Shown here piece after piece: positions 8,534-17,076 of a stretch of 32,000 nucleotides of DNA. Positions within the stretch are counted from its first letter, which is position 1. Every line of letters begins with the position of its first letter. This DNA is from Candidatus Electrothrix sp. GW3-4. GTDB taxonomy: Bacteria > Desulfobacterota > Desulfobulbia > Desulfobulbales > Desulfobulbaceae. The stretch spans positions 90,001 to 122,000 of the forward strand of contig NZ_CP147990.1 in the NCBI RefSeq assembly GCF_037902255.1, written 5' to 3'. Made by a program: the position numbers and the translations under genes. The notes below the pieces were generated by a model, which was not told the DNA's origin, did not search any database, and worked only from the letters and a program-made list of their open reading frames with translations.

Positions 8534-9304
8534 ATGGACATTTGTTCTTTTTTTTTCGTTCAACAGAGCTATAACGACGTGCCCGTTCGCCTCCGGCAGG
8601 AGGCGCGCCAAACCCTCAGCCTGGTTGACCTTGACCTGATTGAGCAGATCTTACAAAGGGATGAATCCCGTCTCCTGCACCAGCTACTCTCTCCAGCTGA
8701 GCTGTGCTATTTTCAACGCTTCAAATACATGAAGCGGAAAAAAGAGTGGCTGGGCGGGCGTATTGCTGGCAAGGCAGCCATCCTGGCCCCTTCCCATGCC
8801 AACCTTGCTGCTCAGGAGCTGCTCAGCAGCATCGCCATCCTGCCCAATCGGTACGGACGCCCCATTGCTGAACAACTCCCTGCCTCCCTGGCTGGTCAGG
8901 GAGACGAACCTGTCATCTCCCTTTCCCATAGTGATGGTTTTGCCGTGGCCTTGGCGAGAAAGGGAAGGAACTGCGGGATTGATCTGCAAGAAATCTCTCC
9001 CCGGCTTGTGGGCCTGACCTCCCATTTTGCCAGAGAGGCGGAGTTGCAGCGTCTTGCCGAGCAGGTGGATTACAATGAGGACACACACCTGACCATGCTC
9101 TGGACCGTGAAAGAGGCCCTGAAAAAGGCCCTGCTCCACGACCAGTCTGTGATTTTTTCCGAGACCGAGCTCCTGGAAATCTCCAGGGTCAACGAATCTG
9201 TATGGCGATTTACCTGCGCGGTCCAAGAGAAGAACCAATCGGTTCTGGTCCACTTCTTCTCTCCCTATATTTTATCCATCACAGAGGAGGAAAAACATGC
9301 CTGA
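8534..9304 (+). CDS. 4'-phosphopantetheinyl transferase (Sfp-type)
   Basis: Motifs are KEWLGGRIAGKAAIL, ISLSHSDGFAVALA, GIDLQEI and LWTVKEALKKAL (PPTase motifs 1-3). The start is uncertain: the ORF is open from 8453 and the first ATG is at 8534. Confidence 0.7.
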   Translation: MDICSFFFVQQSYNDVPVRLRQEARQTLSLVDLDLIEQILQRDESRLLHQLLSPAELCYFQRFKYMKRKKEWLGGRIAGKAAILAPSHANLAAQELLSSIAILPNRYGRPIAEQLPASLAGQGDEPVISLSHSDGFAVALARKGRNCGIDLQEISPRLVGLTSHFAREAELQRLAEQVDYNEDTHLTMLWTVKEALKKALLHDQSVIFSETELLEISRVNESVWRFTCAVQEKNQSVLVHFFSPYILSITEEEKHA

Positions 9305-10142
9305 ACTGCCAGAGGTTGAAGTTACCTGCCGAGGGCTGCGCCTCCACCTCCTCGGGCGCACTGTTGTTACGGTTCGCAGCTCGGGGAAGTCCTTACGTCA
9401 GCCTATTGCCGAGGATCTCATCCGGCATTGCCTTTGCGCTAAGGCCATTCACGCTGTTGAACGGCGGGCAAAATACATTCTCATCCGCTTTGAGGGCAAA
9501 GCTGTGCTGGTGGTCCATTTGGGGATGACCGGTAAGCTGGGTGTTTTTCCAAGAGATGGGGAAGCAGCCAAGCATGACCATCTGGCCTTATCCCTGGATA
9601 ACGAGAGCGAGCTGCGTTTCAACGATGCCCGTCGCTTCGGCAGCGTCGTGGTTTGGCCTGGGGATGAGGCTGAGGAGTTAGAGCAGACCTTTCTTGCTCG
9701 TCAGGGGCTTGAGCCCTTCAGTGCAGAATTCACCGGGGAGAACCTATATGAGCTCGCCCGGCAATGCCGGTTACCGATCAAGAGCTTTCTCATGGACAGC
9801 CGCCGCATCAGTGGGATCGGCAATATCTATGCCAATGAGACCCTCTTTGCTGCGGGCATCCATCCTCTTTGTCCGGCCAATAGCCTGAGTACCGAGCAAT
9901 GGCAGGACCTGGCGACCTGCGCGGTCCGCATCCTCAAACAGGCCATCGCAGCTGGCGGTTCCACTATCTCAGATTTTCTTGGGGCCAGCGGCCAGCCCGG
10001 CTATTTTCAGTTGCAGCTGGCGGTGTACGGGAAAAAGGGGGAGGAGTGTTCGCAATGCGGGGAGGAGATCGAGAAAGAGGTTATTGGGGGACGAGCGACG
10101 TTTTTTTGTGCGAGATGTCAGAAGAGAAGGCACCAGGGTTGA
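9297..10142 (+). CDS. mutM: Formamidopyrimidine-DNA glycosylase
   Basis: The N-terminus is the catalytic MPELPEVE. The H2TH region is present. The C-terminal zinc finger is CSQCGEEIEKEVIGGRATFFCARCQ. It overlaps the PPTase gene by 8 nt. Confidence 0.9.
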   Translation: MPELPEVEVTCRGLRLHLLGRTVVTVRSSGKSLRQPIAEDLIRHCLCAKAIHAVERRAKYILIRFEGKAVLVVHLGMTGKLGVFPRDGEAAKHDHLALSLDNESELRFNDARRFGSVVVWPGDEAEELEQTFLARQGLEPFSAEFTGENLYELARQCRLPIKSFLMDSRRISGIGNIYANETLFAAGIHPLCPANSLSTEQWQDLATCAVRILKQAIAAGGSTISDFLGASGQPGYFQLQLAVYGKKGEECSQCGEEIEKEVIGGRATFFCARCQKRRHQG

Positions 10143-10295
10143 AACCTTGGGCTATGTTTGACGCCGTTCCTCAGGGACAGGTTTTTTCTTTGTCCCGATG
10201 GGAGAGCCGATTAGAGCCCCGTGATTGTACGCGGGGCATGAATGCGGAAGTTTGATTGTCGGATCCTCACATCCGACCAGCTGCAAGGTTCGCCC

Positions 10296-10562
10296 CTACC
10301 GTTCCTCGTCGGCGTCGTCCTGTTCAGGCAGGCGAAAACCATTTGCCCAGGCAATCAGCAGGGCTGCCAGGGTGAAATCATCCACAATGCCGAGAACCGG
10401 CAGCGTTTCCGGGAGAAGGTCCCAGGGTGAAATAATATAGAGTAGGCCGAGACCCAGGATGATTTTCACGTAGAGCGGTGTTTCCTTTGCTTTGAACACG
10501 GCAACCGTATGGCGGGCCATGCCTAAGAGGCGGGACAGGAGGTTTGCCCTGTCTGGAGCCAT
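10296..10562 (-). CDS. YkvA/DUF1232 family membrane protein
   Basis: The core YVKIILGLGLLYIISPWDLLPETLPVLGIVDDFTLAALLIAW matches the DUF1232 signature (SP.DLIPD..P..G..DD). The start overlaps the fabI stop (TGATG). Confidence 0.65.
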   Translation of the reverse strand: MAPDRANLLSRLLGMARHTVAVFKAKETPLYVKIILGLGLLYIISPWDLLPETLPVLGIVDDFTLAALLIAWANGFRLPEQDDADEER

Positions 10563-11362
10563 CAGCCCACCACCTTGCTGATAATGGCCTTGTCGAAATA
10601 ATTGGAGCCCATGCCAGCATCCACCACAATGGTCTGGCCATTGATTCCGGAGGAGCGTTCGGAAAGAAGAAAGGCAGCAGTGTTGGCCGCCTCCATGGTT
10701 TTCAGGGCCTTTTTGCGTGGGATGGCCTGTTCGGCAAAGAGGTAGGAGTCAATATAGCCAGGGATCCCGGCTGAGGCGGAGGTCTTGAGCAGGCTGGGAC
10801 CAACGGCATTAAACCGAACCTGGGAAAAGGCAGAAAAGGATTTGGCAAGAAAACAGAGCGAGGAATCTAAGGCCGCTTTGACCGGTGCCATATAGCCGTA
10901 GTTCTCCGCAGCCATGCGGGTGGTGGAGATGGAAATGGTGACCAGAGAGGCATCGGGAGCGAGCAGCTCTTGAAAATGATTAGCAATGGAGATAAAGGAA
11001 AAGCAGGAGATATCCACGGCCTGGAGAAAATCTTTTTTCACGGTACCGTGAAAGGGCGTTAGGCCTTCAGAGTAGTTGGCAAAGGCTATGGAATGAACAA
11101 TGCCAGCAAGGGGGGCGCCGATCTGCTCGGCGATCTCGTCCCGGACCCGGATAATATTCTCCTCTTCCTCTGCATCGCAGCAGAAGACCGGGCTGGCAGG
11201 AAAGAGCTTTTGGCAGGCCTTGGCTCGTTTCTCGCTCCGGACCACATGGATGACCTCTGCCCCGGCCTCCACCAGTACCTTGCCAATGGCACAGGCCACG
11301 GACTTTCTGTTGGCAAGGCCAAAGATAACGATTTTTTTTCCTTCAAGGCGAAGAAAATCCAT
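10562..11362 (-). CDS. fabI: Enoyl-[acyl-carrier-protein] reductase, FabI-like SDR
   Basis: [25 protein letters not shown] parallels the E. coli FabI N-terminus. The catalytic Tyr-x6-Lys is present in [15 protein letters not shown]. The start at [10 protein letters not shown] (11362) is preferred over 11380. Confidence 0.7.
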   Translation of the reverse strand: MDFLRLEGKKIVIFGLANRKSVACAIGKVLVEAGAEVIHVVRSEKRAKACQKLFPASPVFCCDAEEEENIIRVRDEIAEQIGAPLAGIVHSIAFANYSEGLTPFHGTVKKDFLQAVDISCFSFISIANHFQELLAPDASLVTISISTTRMAAENYGYMAPVKAALDSSLCFLAKSFSAFSQVRFNAVGPSLLKTSASAGIPGYIDSYLFAEQAIPRKKALKTMEAANTAAFLLSERSSGINGQTIVVDAGMGSNYFDKAIISKVVG

Positions 11363-11846
11363 GTACTCTCCCCTGTTCATCTTCTTTTAAGGCACAGGCA
11401 AATTCGACCTGTACAGCCATCTTCCCTTTGATTCGTACACTGCCCTTCATGAACCAGGCCGGGCCGAGCCTTTCCTTGAGGCCTGCCTGGATTTCAACCG
11501 TATCACCAGGACCCACCTCTCGTTTGAATTTGGCTCCAAGAATCCGGGTCAGTACAGGGACTCCCTTTATTTTCTGTTCTCCGCGTAAGGTCTCGCTGAT
11601 CAGCAGGGCACCGGCTTGGAAGACTGCCTCGCAGAGCAGTACGCCGGGCATAATAGGATAGTCAGGATAATGGCCTTGAAAGACCTCCAGATCCGCAGGG
11701 AGTAATTTTTCCGCCCGGATGGTTGTTTCATCCAGCTCCAGGATCCGGTCCAGCCAGAGAAAAGGGGGGCGATGCGGGATGCGCTCCTGTATAAAATCCT
11801 GGCCCATTGGTTCGTTACTTTCGCTAGCTTCCATAGTCGCTTCCAT
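11343..11846 (-). CDS. fabZ: 3-hydroxyacyl-ACP dehydratase, FabZ-like hotdog protein
   Basis: [15 protein letters not shown]...[27 protein letters not shown] is the FabZ/FabA active-site region. The start overlaps the fabG stop (TAATG). Alternative internal Met starts are possible. Confidence 0.65.
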   Translation of the reverse strand: MEATMEASESNEPMGQDFIQERIPHRPPFLWLDRILELDETTIRAEKLLPADLEVFQGHYPDYPIMPGVLLCEAVFQAGALLISETLRGEQKIKGVPVLTRILGAKFKREVGPGDTVEIQAGLKERLGPAWFMKGSVRIKGKMAVQVEFACALKEDEQGRVHGFSSP

Positions 11847-12601
11847 TACAGGCCTCCTGTTACTTCCAGAACTGAGCCGTTGATATAGGCCGCGTCCTTA
11901 CCAGCAAGGAAAAGGACGGCATTCGCCACCTCCTCGGGGGTGCCGAAGCGCCGCGCAGGCACCATTTTCTTATAGGCCTTGACCTGCGCCTCACTGAGGC
12001 CGTTAAGGAAATCTGTGCCGATAAAACCGGGAGAGACGCAGTTTGCCGTGATCTTCCGCTTGGCCACCTCTTTGGAGAGGGATTTCATCATCCCGACCTG
12101 GCCTGCCTTGGAGGCGGAATAATTGGCCTGGCCAGCAAAGCCAAGCTGGCCCATGGGTGAGGTAATAAAGATAATCCGCCCGTATTTTTGTTTCATCATC
12201 AAGGGGACGGCGAATTTGGTCATGTTGTAGCCCCCTGTCAGGTTGACCGCAATGACCTGGTTCCAGTCTTTTTGATGCATCATGGCCAGGGCTGCATCAC
12301 GGCGAATGCCAGCATTGTTCACCAGGATGTCAATGGTATCAAACTGCTCTTCCACCTGCTGAAAAAAAATTGCCACCGCCTGATAATCACTGACATCGAC
12401 CTTATGGAGATGGAGGCGTTCAGGCGTAGGGCAGTTCGAGGTAAGCTCTTCTGCCGCCTGCTCATTCCCGCTATAAAGCCCGATCACGGTTGCGCCTTTT
12501 GCCAGCAGGGCCTCTGCAATTGCTCGCCCGATACCTCGGGTGGCCCCGGTGACCACAGCTTTTTGTTCTGTAAAGGTATTCACTCCTCTCCCGGTGTTCA
12601 T
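11846..12601 (-). CDS. fabG: 3-oxoacyl-[acyl-carrier-protein] reductase
   Basis: Motifs are AVVTGATRGIGRAIA (TGxxxGIG), NNAG, and YSASKAG (YxxxK). There is no SD before the ATG at 12601, and a GTG at 12583 preceded by GGGAGAGGA is an alternative start. Confidence 0.8.
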   Translation of the reverse strand: MNTGRGVNTFTEQKAVVTGATRGIGRAIAEALLAKGATVIGLYSGNEQAAEELTSNCPTPERLHLHKVDVSDYQAVAIFFQQVEEQFDTIDILVNNAGIRRDAALAMMHQKDWNQVIAVNLTGGYNMTKFAVPLMMKQKYGRIIFITSPMGQLGFAGQANYSASKAGQVGMMKSLSKEVAKRKITANCVSPGFIGTDFLNGLSEAQVKAYKKMVPARRFGTPEEVANAVLFLAGKDAAYINGSVLEVTGGL

Positions 12602-13342
12602 GATTGTTGTTTATTCGCGGAAACGCCAGCCCGTTATTCGATTCCCAGCGCCAGTTTTTTTGCCGTGGCTTTCAACTCGACCTCTTCTGTTTCCTGCTGG
12701 AGGAGGTCTTACCTTGCTTAATCTTTTTGGTCAGAGCTCTGGGGTTGTTCCGCGACCTTGCTACGTGTCATTTTTTTCTGTTGTTAAGAGCAGGGCTTCC
12801 GTACCATGAAGTCTCTCTCACTTGATTCAGAAAAAATGATCTTTGTTTTCCTGTTAACTGTATGCACTTTATAAATAATAGTCTGTTATCGGCAAGGCGT
12901 CAAATAACAATCCAAAGATGTGTGGGTAGAAAGAGGACAGGTAGTGCGGGGAGGTGATTTTTGGGAGTGAATTGGAAGAGGGGTAAAGATAAATAATTTT
13001 ATTCTGTTGAGTAGAAGAGGGGGACTGGACTGTGTAAATAATTGTACCACGGCGTAGGGGAGCGGGTAAGGTGTATACAGTATTGATGTTGTTATATGTC
13101 TTGAAGATGGTGTTCAGGTGCTGGGAGAGAGAGGGGGAGACATAAGGCAAATGTTGATGAAATATGTTGTCGTTCCTATTTATACCTTGCATTGCGCTCC
13201 AGTAAGGCGTTGACGATGACCTGTTGATCGTGCTTGCAAGAGGGGCTAGGCTGTTTTTCCGGCATATTTTATGCAACTGTTTAAACTGGAAGACATTCTT
13301 GTGTGAAAAATGTGTAAAATTGTACCCTAGAAGAGGTTGGTT

Positions 13343-13543
13343 ATGTTGCTGGAAAAGATGAGCCACGGAAAAAAAACGGGAAAAGGCATGCTGGCAGATT
13401 ACTCAAGTGAGTATATTCTGCTTTTGTTCATGTGTTTATTTTCCGCGACTTTTTTAGTTGCAACCTTCCTCTTTTTGACAACAGGGGATGAGATGATTTT
13501 TTTGCAAGATATGCAGCTCCCTTTTCTCTCTTCCAGTTTTTAG
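13343..13543 (+). CDS. Possible small membrane protein (66 aa)
   Basis: AAGAGG lies 7 nt upstream of the ATG at 13343. There is one clear TM helix (YILLLFMCLFSATFLVATFLFL). It is an AT-rich island ORF with no recognisable family. Confidence 0.25.
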   Translation: MLLEKMSHGKKTGKGMLADYSSEYILLLFMCLFSATFLVATFLFLTTGDEMIFLQDMQLPFLSSSF

Positions 13544-13811
13544 TGTTGGAAAGTGGAGTATGGGTTCGAACAGACTGGTTTCGATTTGTTTTCTTGCCTG
13601 AACTCTTACGAGAAGAGTTGGTTTGAAAAGTTTTGCGATTATGCTATTTGAAATGGTGGACTCTTCTGGCTGCCCAGGCGGGTCGGGCATTTTGCCCGAA
13701 AAAATGAGGCGAGCGCCTTATTGTCAGGGGAAACGTTTGTATGGTTAGATAGGAAGAGTTGAGGTGCGTGGCTTTCTGGAAAACGAGCAACTAACGACAA
13801 GGAGTGGCAAG

Positions 13812-14039
13812 ATGAGTGCAAAAACACAAGCTATGATCAAAAAAGAGTACGATTGCCCCCTGACCCATCAGCATGTTCAATTGAAAATCAAGCAGAGTGC
13901 TTACGAGATGCGTGCGGAGCCAGAATGCTGCTCATGTGTTGGGCAATGCGGTTGTGATGTTGTGCAGATTATTTATGGCATGAGTTATACGGTAGATTGG
14001 AAAAAATGTTCTTTGTACTCCTCCTTCACAGAGCATTGA
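13812..14039 (+). CDS. Small cysteine-rich protein (75 aa, 7 Cys, including ECCSCVGQCGC)
   Basis: AAGGAG (13799-13804) lies 7 nt before the ATG at 13812. The product is MSAKTQAMIKKEYDCPLTHQHVQLKIKQSAYEMRAEPECCSCVGQCGCDVVQIIYGMSYTVDWKKCSLYSSFTEH. I recognise no family. Confidence 0.5.
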   Translation: MSAKTQAMIKKEYDCPLTHQHVQLKIKQSAYEMRAEPECCSCVGQCGCDVVQIIYGMSYTVDWKKCSLYSSFTEH

Positions 14040-14069
14040 TTTCCATTTGCCTTTATTGTAGTACTATTT

Positions 14070-16000
14070 CTCCCCATTCGCTCATTTGAAATAGAGTATT
14101 TTTAATTTTCAAGACCATAATAAACAAATGTATCCAACTCTAGCCTTTGTATTATTTCTATTTGTAAATTCGACAATGGTTTTAGTGAGCGAACAACAAC
14201 ATTCCTTGCTTGATCAAAAATAATGGTGAGATTAATTCTTGAAAAAGCCTTCAGAATCCTCTCTGCGGACGGTTTATCAGTAATTTTTTTTCGGTTCTCA
14301 GGATGCATACCAGACAGCCCGGTTTTTTCTTCCTTCAATGAACGCCGAACAACAAACTCTATCAACGTCATAACCCTGACACACAAGGTCAACAAGTAGG
14401 TCATACCTTGAATTTGATCGTCTTTTCGAACAAATAACGGAGCGATATTGAGTCGACTTTTTAGTCTTCCGAAAATGCATTCAACCCGATATTCATTTCG
14501 GTATGACAGTACAGCATCGTGCAATGACAGTTTATCCGCAGCGAGCTCAGTCACAAATGCTTTCCAGCCAAACCGAGTGCTTTGCTCTGCAATGGCCTCT
14601 TGGTTCTTTTCAATAGAGGTGATTTGATAACGGACTGTTTCGACAGTGACTTTTTCTCTATTGGCTGCCCCCCTGCCTCTGCCAACATATTTTGTTTTCT
14701 GCTCGATCTGTTTTTCGTATTGAATGTTCAGTAACCCATCAACCCTTTGAGCTTCTGTTATTTTAGTGACAGCCGCAAGCAGTTCTGCTTCATCGCTTAT
14801 CTGACGCCTGCCTCGCCCTCGCGGAGGAGTCAATGCTTCAATTTTTTCTTGGGCTTTTACCAGTCGAGCCTCAAGTCCCGCAGTTTGTTGCCTGGCATGG
14901 GCAGGGGAATGGACAACCAAAACACGTTCATCCCATTCCATTTTTTCGACGTCTTTTTCAAAAACCTGAGTACGATTAAACTCATAGCCTTTAGCTGCAA
15001 AAATCAATTCGCCCTTATAATTTTCTCTGAAAACAGAGACCAAATCATCTTCTTGATCTTTGGCAATACCTGTATTAATCCAATCAGTTATTTCATGAGA
15101 AGTTTTACCGGTCAACGGCAAGGGGCACAAATAGTGCTGCCTGGAAGAGACCAAGTAAGCCCAAGTCTCCAATGCACTCATTTTGCAATCACCTGAGAAC
15201 AATAATCCGGATTTTTCAAGGCTCTCATTGACCCGGGCTATCAAGGGAATATAGAGACCGTCGTCTGCCTTTTCACCGGAAACAACATCAGAAGCCAATG
15301 GCATTCCCAGAGGATCCAGAGCAGCACTCATCAATTTTATTTGTGGTAACTTGGCATTGTCTTTGCTGTGACCGAATTGTACCAATCCATCTTCCGTGAT
15401 TTCTTGATCTGCAGAAACTGTAGTTGCATCACATCGGATTGTTTCCGGCTCCAGATTATATACCTCTATCGTCTGTTGATTGAGATCCGCTTCTATCTTT
15501 GACCAGCATGTGTTATTGCTTAAATGTCTGAGAAGATGGGCCAAACGGTCATCACTGAAATCTAGTGGCACTACCGGCTGATCCGCCAAAAAGCTCAATG
15601 TGTGTTGCATTTCCTGGACATACTCACTCATCGAGACTTTGCGATGATCCCCTTCAGTTATGATATGGGCCATCCATATGACGGTGGTCCATCCCCAGCT
15701 GAGTTGTCTCTGATTTCCATGTTGAGGAATATGCCTGTCGATGATTTCCCGAAGGCCCATCCTGATCATTTGTGCTATAAGCAGAGGGATATCATCCACT
15801 CGCTCTGTGATGATTTGAAGTTTGTCTTTGTCGAAAACGCCTTGCTCTTCTGATGTCAAATTCGCTATCATTTCAGTGTCATTTATGATTATAGAAAAAG
15901 GAGTTTCAACTCAATCTCATACCAAAATAGGGTCTGTTTGAAATTTTACAAGCCCGATTCAGAATTAATTTTTCCAAATTTAAAATGAGCGAATGGGGAG
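14070..16000 (-). mobile_element. Intact insertion sequence, IS4/IS1634-type (most consistent with the IS1634 family), 1931 bp
   Basis: The terminal inverted repeats are ctccccattcgctcatttGaaat (14070-14092) and the reverse complement of atttAaaatgagcgaatggggag (15978-16000), a 22/23 match. It is flanked by a perfect 6-bp direct repeat CTATTT (14064-14069 and 16001-16006). It carries a single 589-aa DDE transposase ORF. Confidence 0.85.
14102..15871 (-). CDS. DDE transposase (IS1634/IS4-like)
   Basis: The 589-aa ORF fills the element. The N-terminal region DDIPLLIAQMIRMGLREIIDRHIPQHGNQRQLSWGW...DFSDDRLAHLL and the later RCDATTVS, FGHSKD and LFSGDCKMSA blocks are typical of this transposase group. 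Confidence 0.8.
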   Translation of the reverse strand: MIANLTSEEQGVFDKDKLQIITERVDDIPLLIAQMIRMGLREIIDRHIPQHGNQRQLSWGWTTVIWMAHIITEGDHRKVSMSEYVQEMQHTLSFLADQPVVPLDFSDDRLAHLLRHLSNNTCWSKIEADLNQQTIEVYNLEPETIRCDATTVSADQEITEDGLVQFGHSKDNAKLPQIKLMSAALDPLGMPLASDVVSGEKADDGLYIPLIARVNESLEKSGLLFSGDCKMSALETWAYLVSSRQHYLCPLPLTGKTSHEITDWINTGIAKDQEDDLVSVFRENYKGELIFAAKGYEFNRTQVFEKDVEKMEWDERVLVVHSPAHARQQTAGLEARLVKAQEKIEALTPPRGRGRRQISDEAELLAAVTKITEAQRVDGLLNIQYEKQIEQKTKYVGRGRGAANREKVTVETVRYQITSIEKNQEAIAEQSTRFGWKAFVTELAADKLSLHDAVLSYRNEYRVECIFGRLKSRLNIAPLFVRKDDQIQGMTYLLTLCVRVMTLIEFVVRRSLKEEKTGLSGMHPENRKKITDKPSAERILKAFSRINLTIIFDQARNVVVRSLKPLSNLQIEIIQRLELDTFVYYGLEN

Positions 16001-16031
16001 CTATTTTTCTCCTTTTTCTTTTTTTCCTCCG

Positions 16032-16080
16032 CAACGATCCTGATAGTAGCTTGGTTATTTTGTCAGGATCGTTGTTTTCT
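16032..16080 (+). terminator. Terminator-like hairpin (12-bp perfect stem, 19-nt loop, TTTTCT tail)
   Basis: caacgatcctga (16032-16043) pairs with tcaggatcgttg (16063-16074), followed by ttttct. It lies just beyond the IS insertion point, so it was probably the terminator of the 13812-14039 gene before insertion. Confidence 0.4.
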
Positions 16081-16411
16081 GAATAGCTCAGTCGATGCTC
16101 CCTGTCTTGGGCATTGCTGATTTTCTTCTGGTACGATCTTTCCTGTTGATACGTTTGGAATACTCCTTTGCAGGATGTTTTTCAGGCTTCTGCAATATTG
16201 CTTGCCGAGTTTGCTGATGCCTTCATGAAAAAGCAGGGTGGAAAAGGGTCAGGAGGGCGGGCCTGGTTACGTACGTCGGGAGGGTACAGGCTATCCTGTG
16301 GTGCCGTTTACATTACAAATGGAATTTAAAAGGGATAAGCCTCTCTGACCCCATTTTTTTGTGTTTGAGAAATACCCTCTTTGTAGAGGCAGTCCCCTTA
16401 CATATGATCTT

Positions 16412-16597
16412 TCACCCCCTAAGTCGTTTTTGTATCGTTATCTCTGAAACTTTTATAACTGCCTTCACTGCTACCCTGTTAAAGGATGAATTCAAAAGGA
16501 ATATAGACACAGTGAGCAGGAGTGCCACAAGGAGAAGCTCTCTTCGTTCACGACTATTTATCTTCAATTCCCAAAAATTCTTTTCTGATCTGTCCAT
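16412..16597 (-). CDS. Possible small membrane protein (61 aa)
   Basis: It starts 25 nt after the stop of the 16622-16894 gene on the same strand. It has one TM helix (LLLVALLLTVSIFLL). There is no SD, so it is weak. Confidence 0.25.
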   Translation of the reverse strand: MDRSEKNFWELKINSRERRELLLVALLLTVSIFLLNSSFNRVAVKAVIKVSEITIQKRLRG

Positions 16598-16621
16598 ATA
16601 GAAGTCTGAAAGGGTAGGTGT

Positions 16622-16894
16622 CTATTTTGCTGTATTAATTGATAAAGTTTGTTGATTTTGTCGGCATACGATTTTGTCTTGTGCTTGATGCTCAGAAAAA
16701 CAATTTGTGTGATATTGATATATTGTTTTTTTTGTTGCAATGGACAAGTTGCAAAGCCATTTCATCTTTTCGTAAAGATTTTTTAACCTAACGTCTTTCA
16801 GTGGACAATTCACATTGTCTATATAGAGCGGGCATTCATATGCTAAACTGATAAGAATTGCATTGTATTGCTCTTCTGTTTTTACTTGTTCCAT
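16622..16894 (-). CDS. Small Cys-containing hypothetical protein (90 aa)
   Basis: The product is MEQVKTEEQYNAILISLAYECPLYIDNVNCPLKDVRLKNLYEKMKWLCNLSIATKKTIYQYHTNCFSEHQ... The CPL motif occurs twice, and HTNCFSEH could be a metal ligand set. It lies downstream of the two-CW gene on the same strand. The SD is weak (AAGAG). Confidence 0.45.
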   Translation of the reverse strand: MEQVKTEEQYNAILISLAYECPLYIDNVNCPLKDVRLKNLYEKMKWLCNLSIATKKTIYQYHTNCFSEHQAQDKIVCRQNQQTLSINTAK

Positions 16895-17076
16895 CTTTGC
16901 TCTTTTTTTCTAGAATAAGGATGATGGTTTCGTAAAAAGTCCAATTTTGCGAAAAATCGTGTTGTAACTCGTTGAGTTGCCGTTAGCGAATTACTGTTTT
17001 CTGACTTTTTACCAGGCCATCAAGGATAAAAAAAACGGGGCGCGGCCAATATGTGCCCAACGGCGGGCTAAACTAA

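Noticed and set aside
13287-13360. Apparent similarity between this segment and 24888-24965 (TTGTA..CC..AAGAGG..ATGTTG.TGGAA), and a shared TTGATACGTT 10-mer at 16144 and 25000
   Set aside because: The alignment needs many gaps in G/T-rich low-complexity sequence. Exact 10-mers are expected hundreds of times by chance in 32 kb. I cannot call this significant without a proper statistical alignment.
12869-13366. 165-aa minus-strand ORF in the island
   Set aside because: The predicted protein has no Glu and only three Asp. It is dominated by S/P/L/Y/N/Q/I, which is exactly what the extreme G-poor minus-strand composition forces. It has no SD and no motifs, so I treat it as a compositional artefact.
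16359-16601. 80-aa plus-strand ORF overlapping the 61-aa minus-strand ORF
   Set aside because: It has a GTG start, no SD and an odd composition. It runs against the orientation of the neighbouring small-gene set. Neither overlapping ORF is strong, and I kept only the minus-strand one at low confidence.
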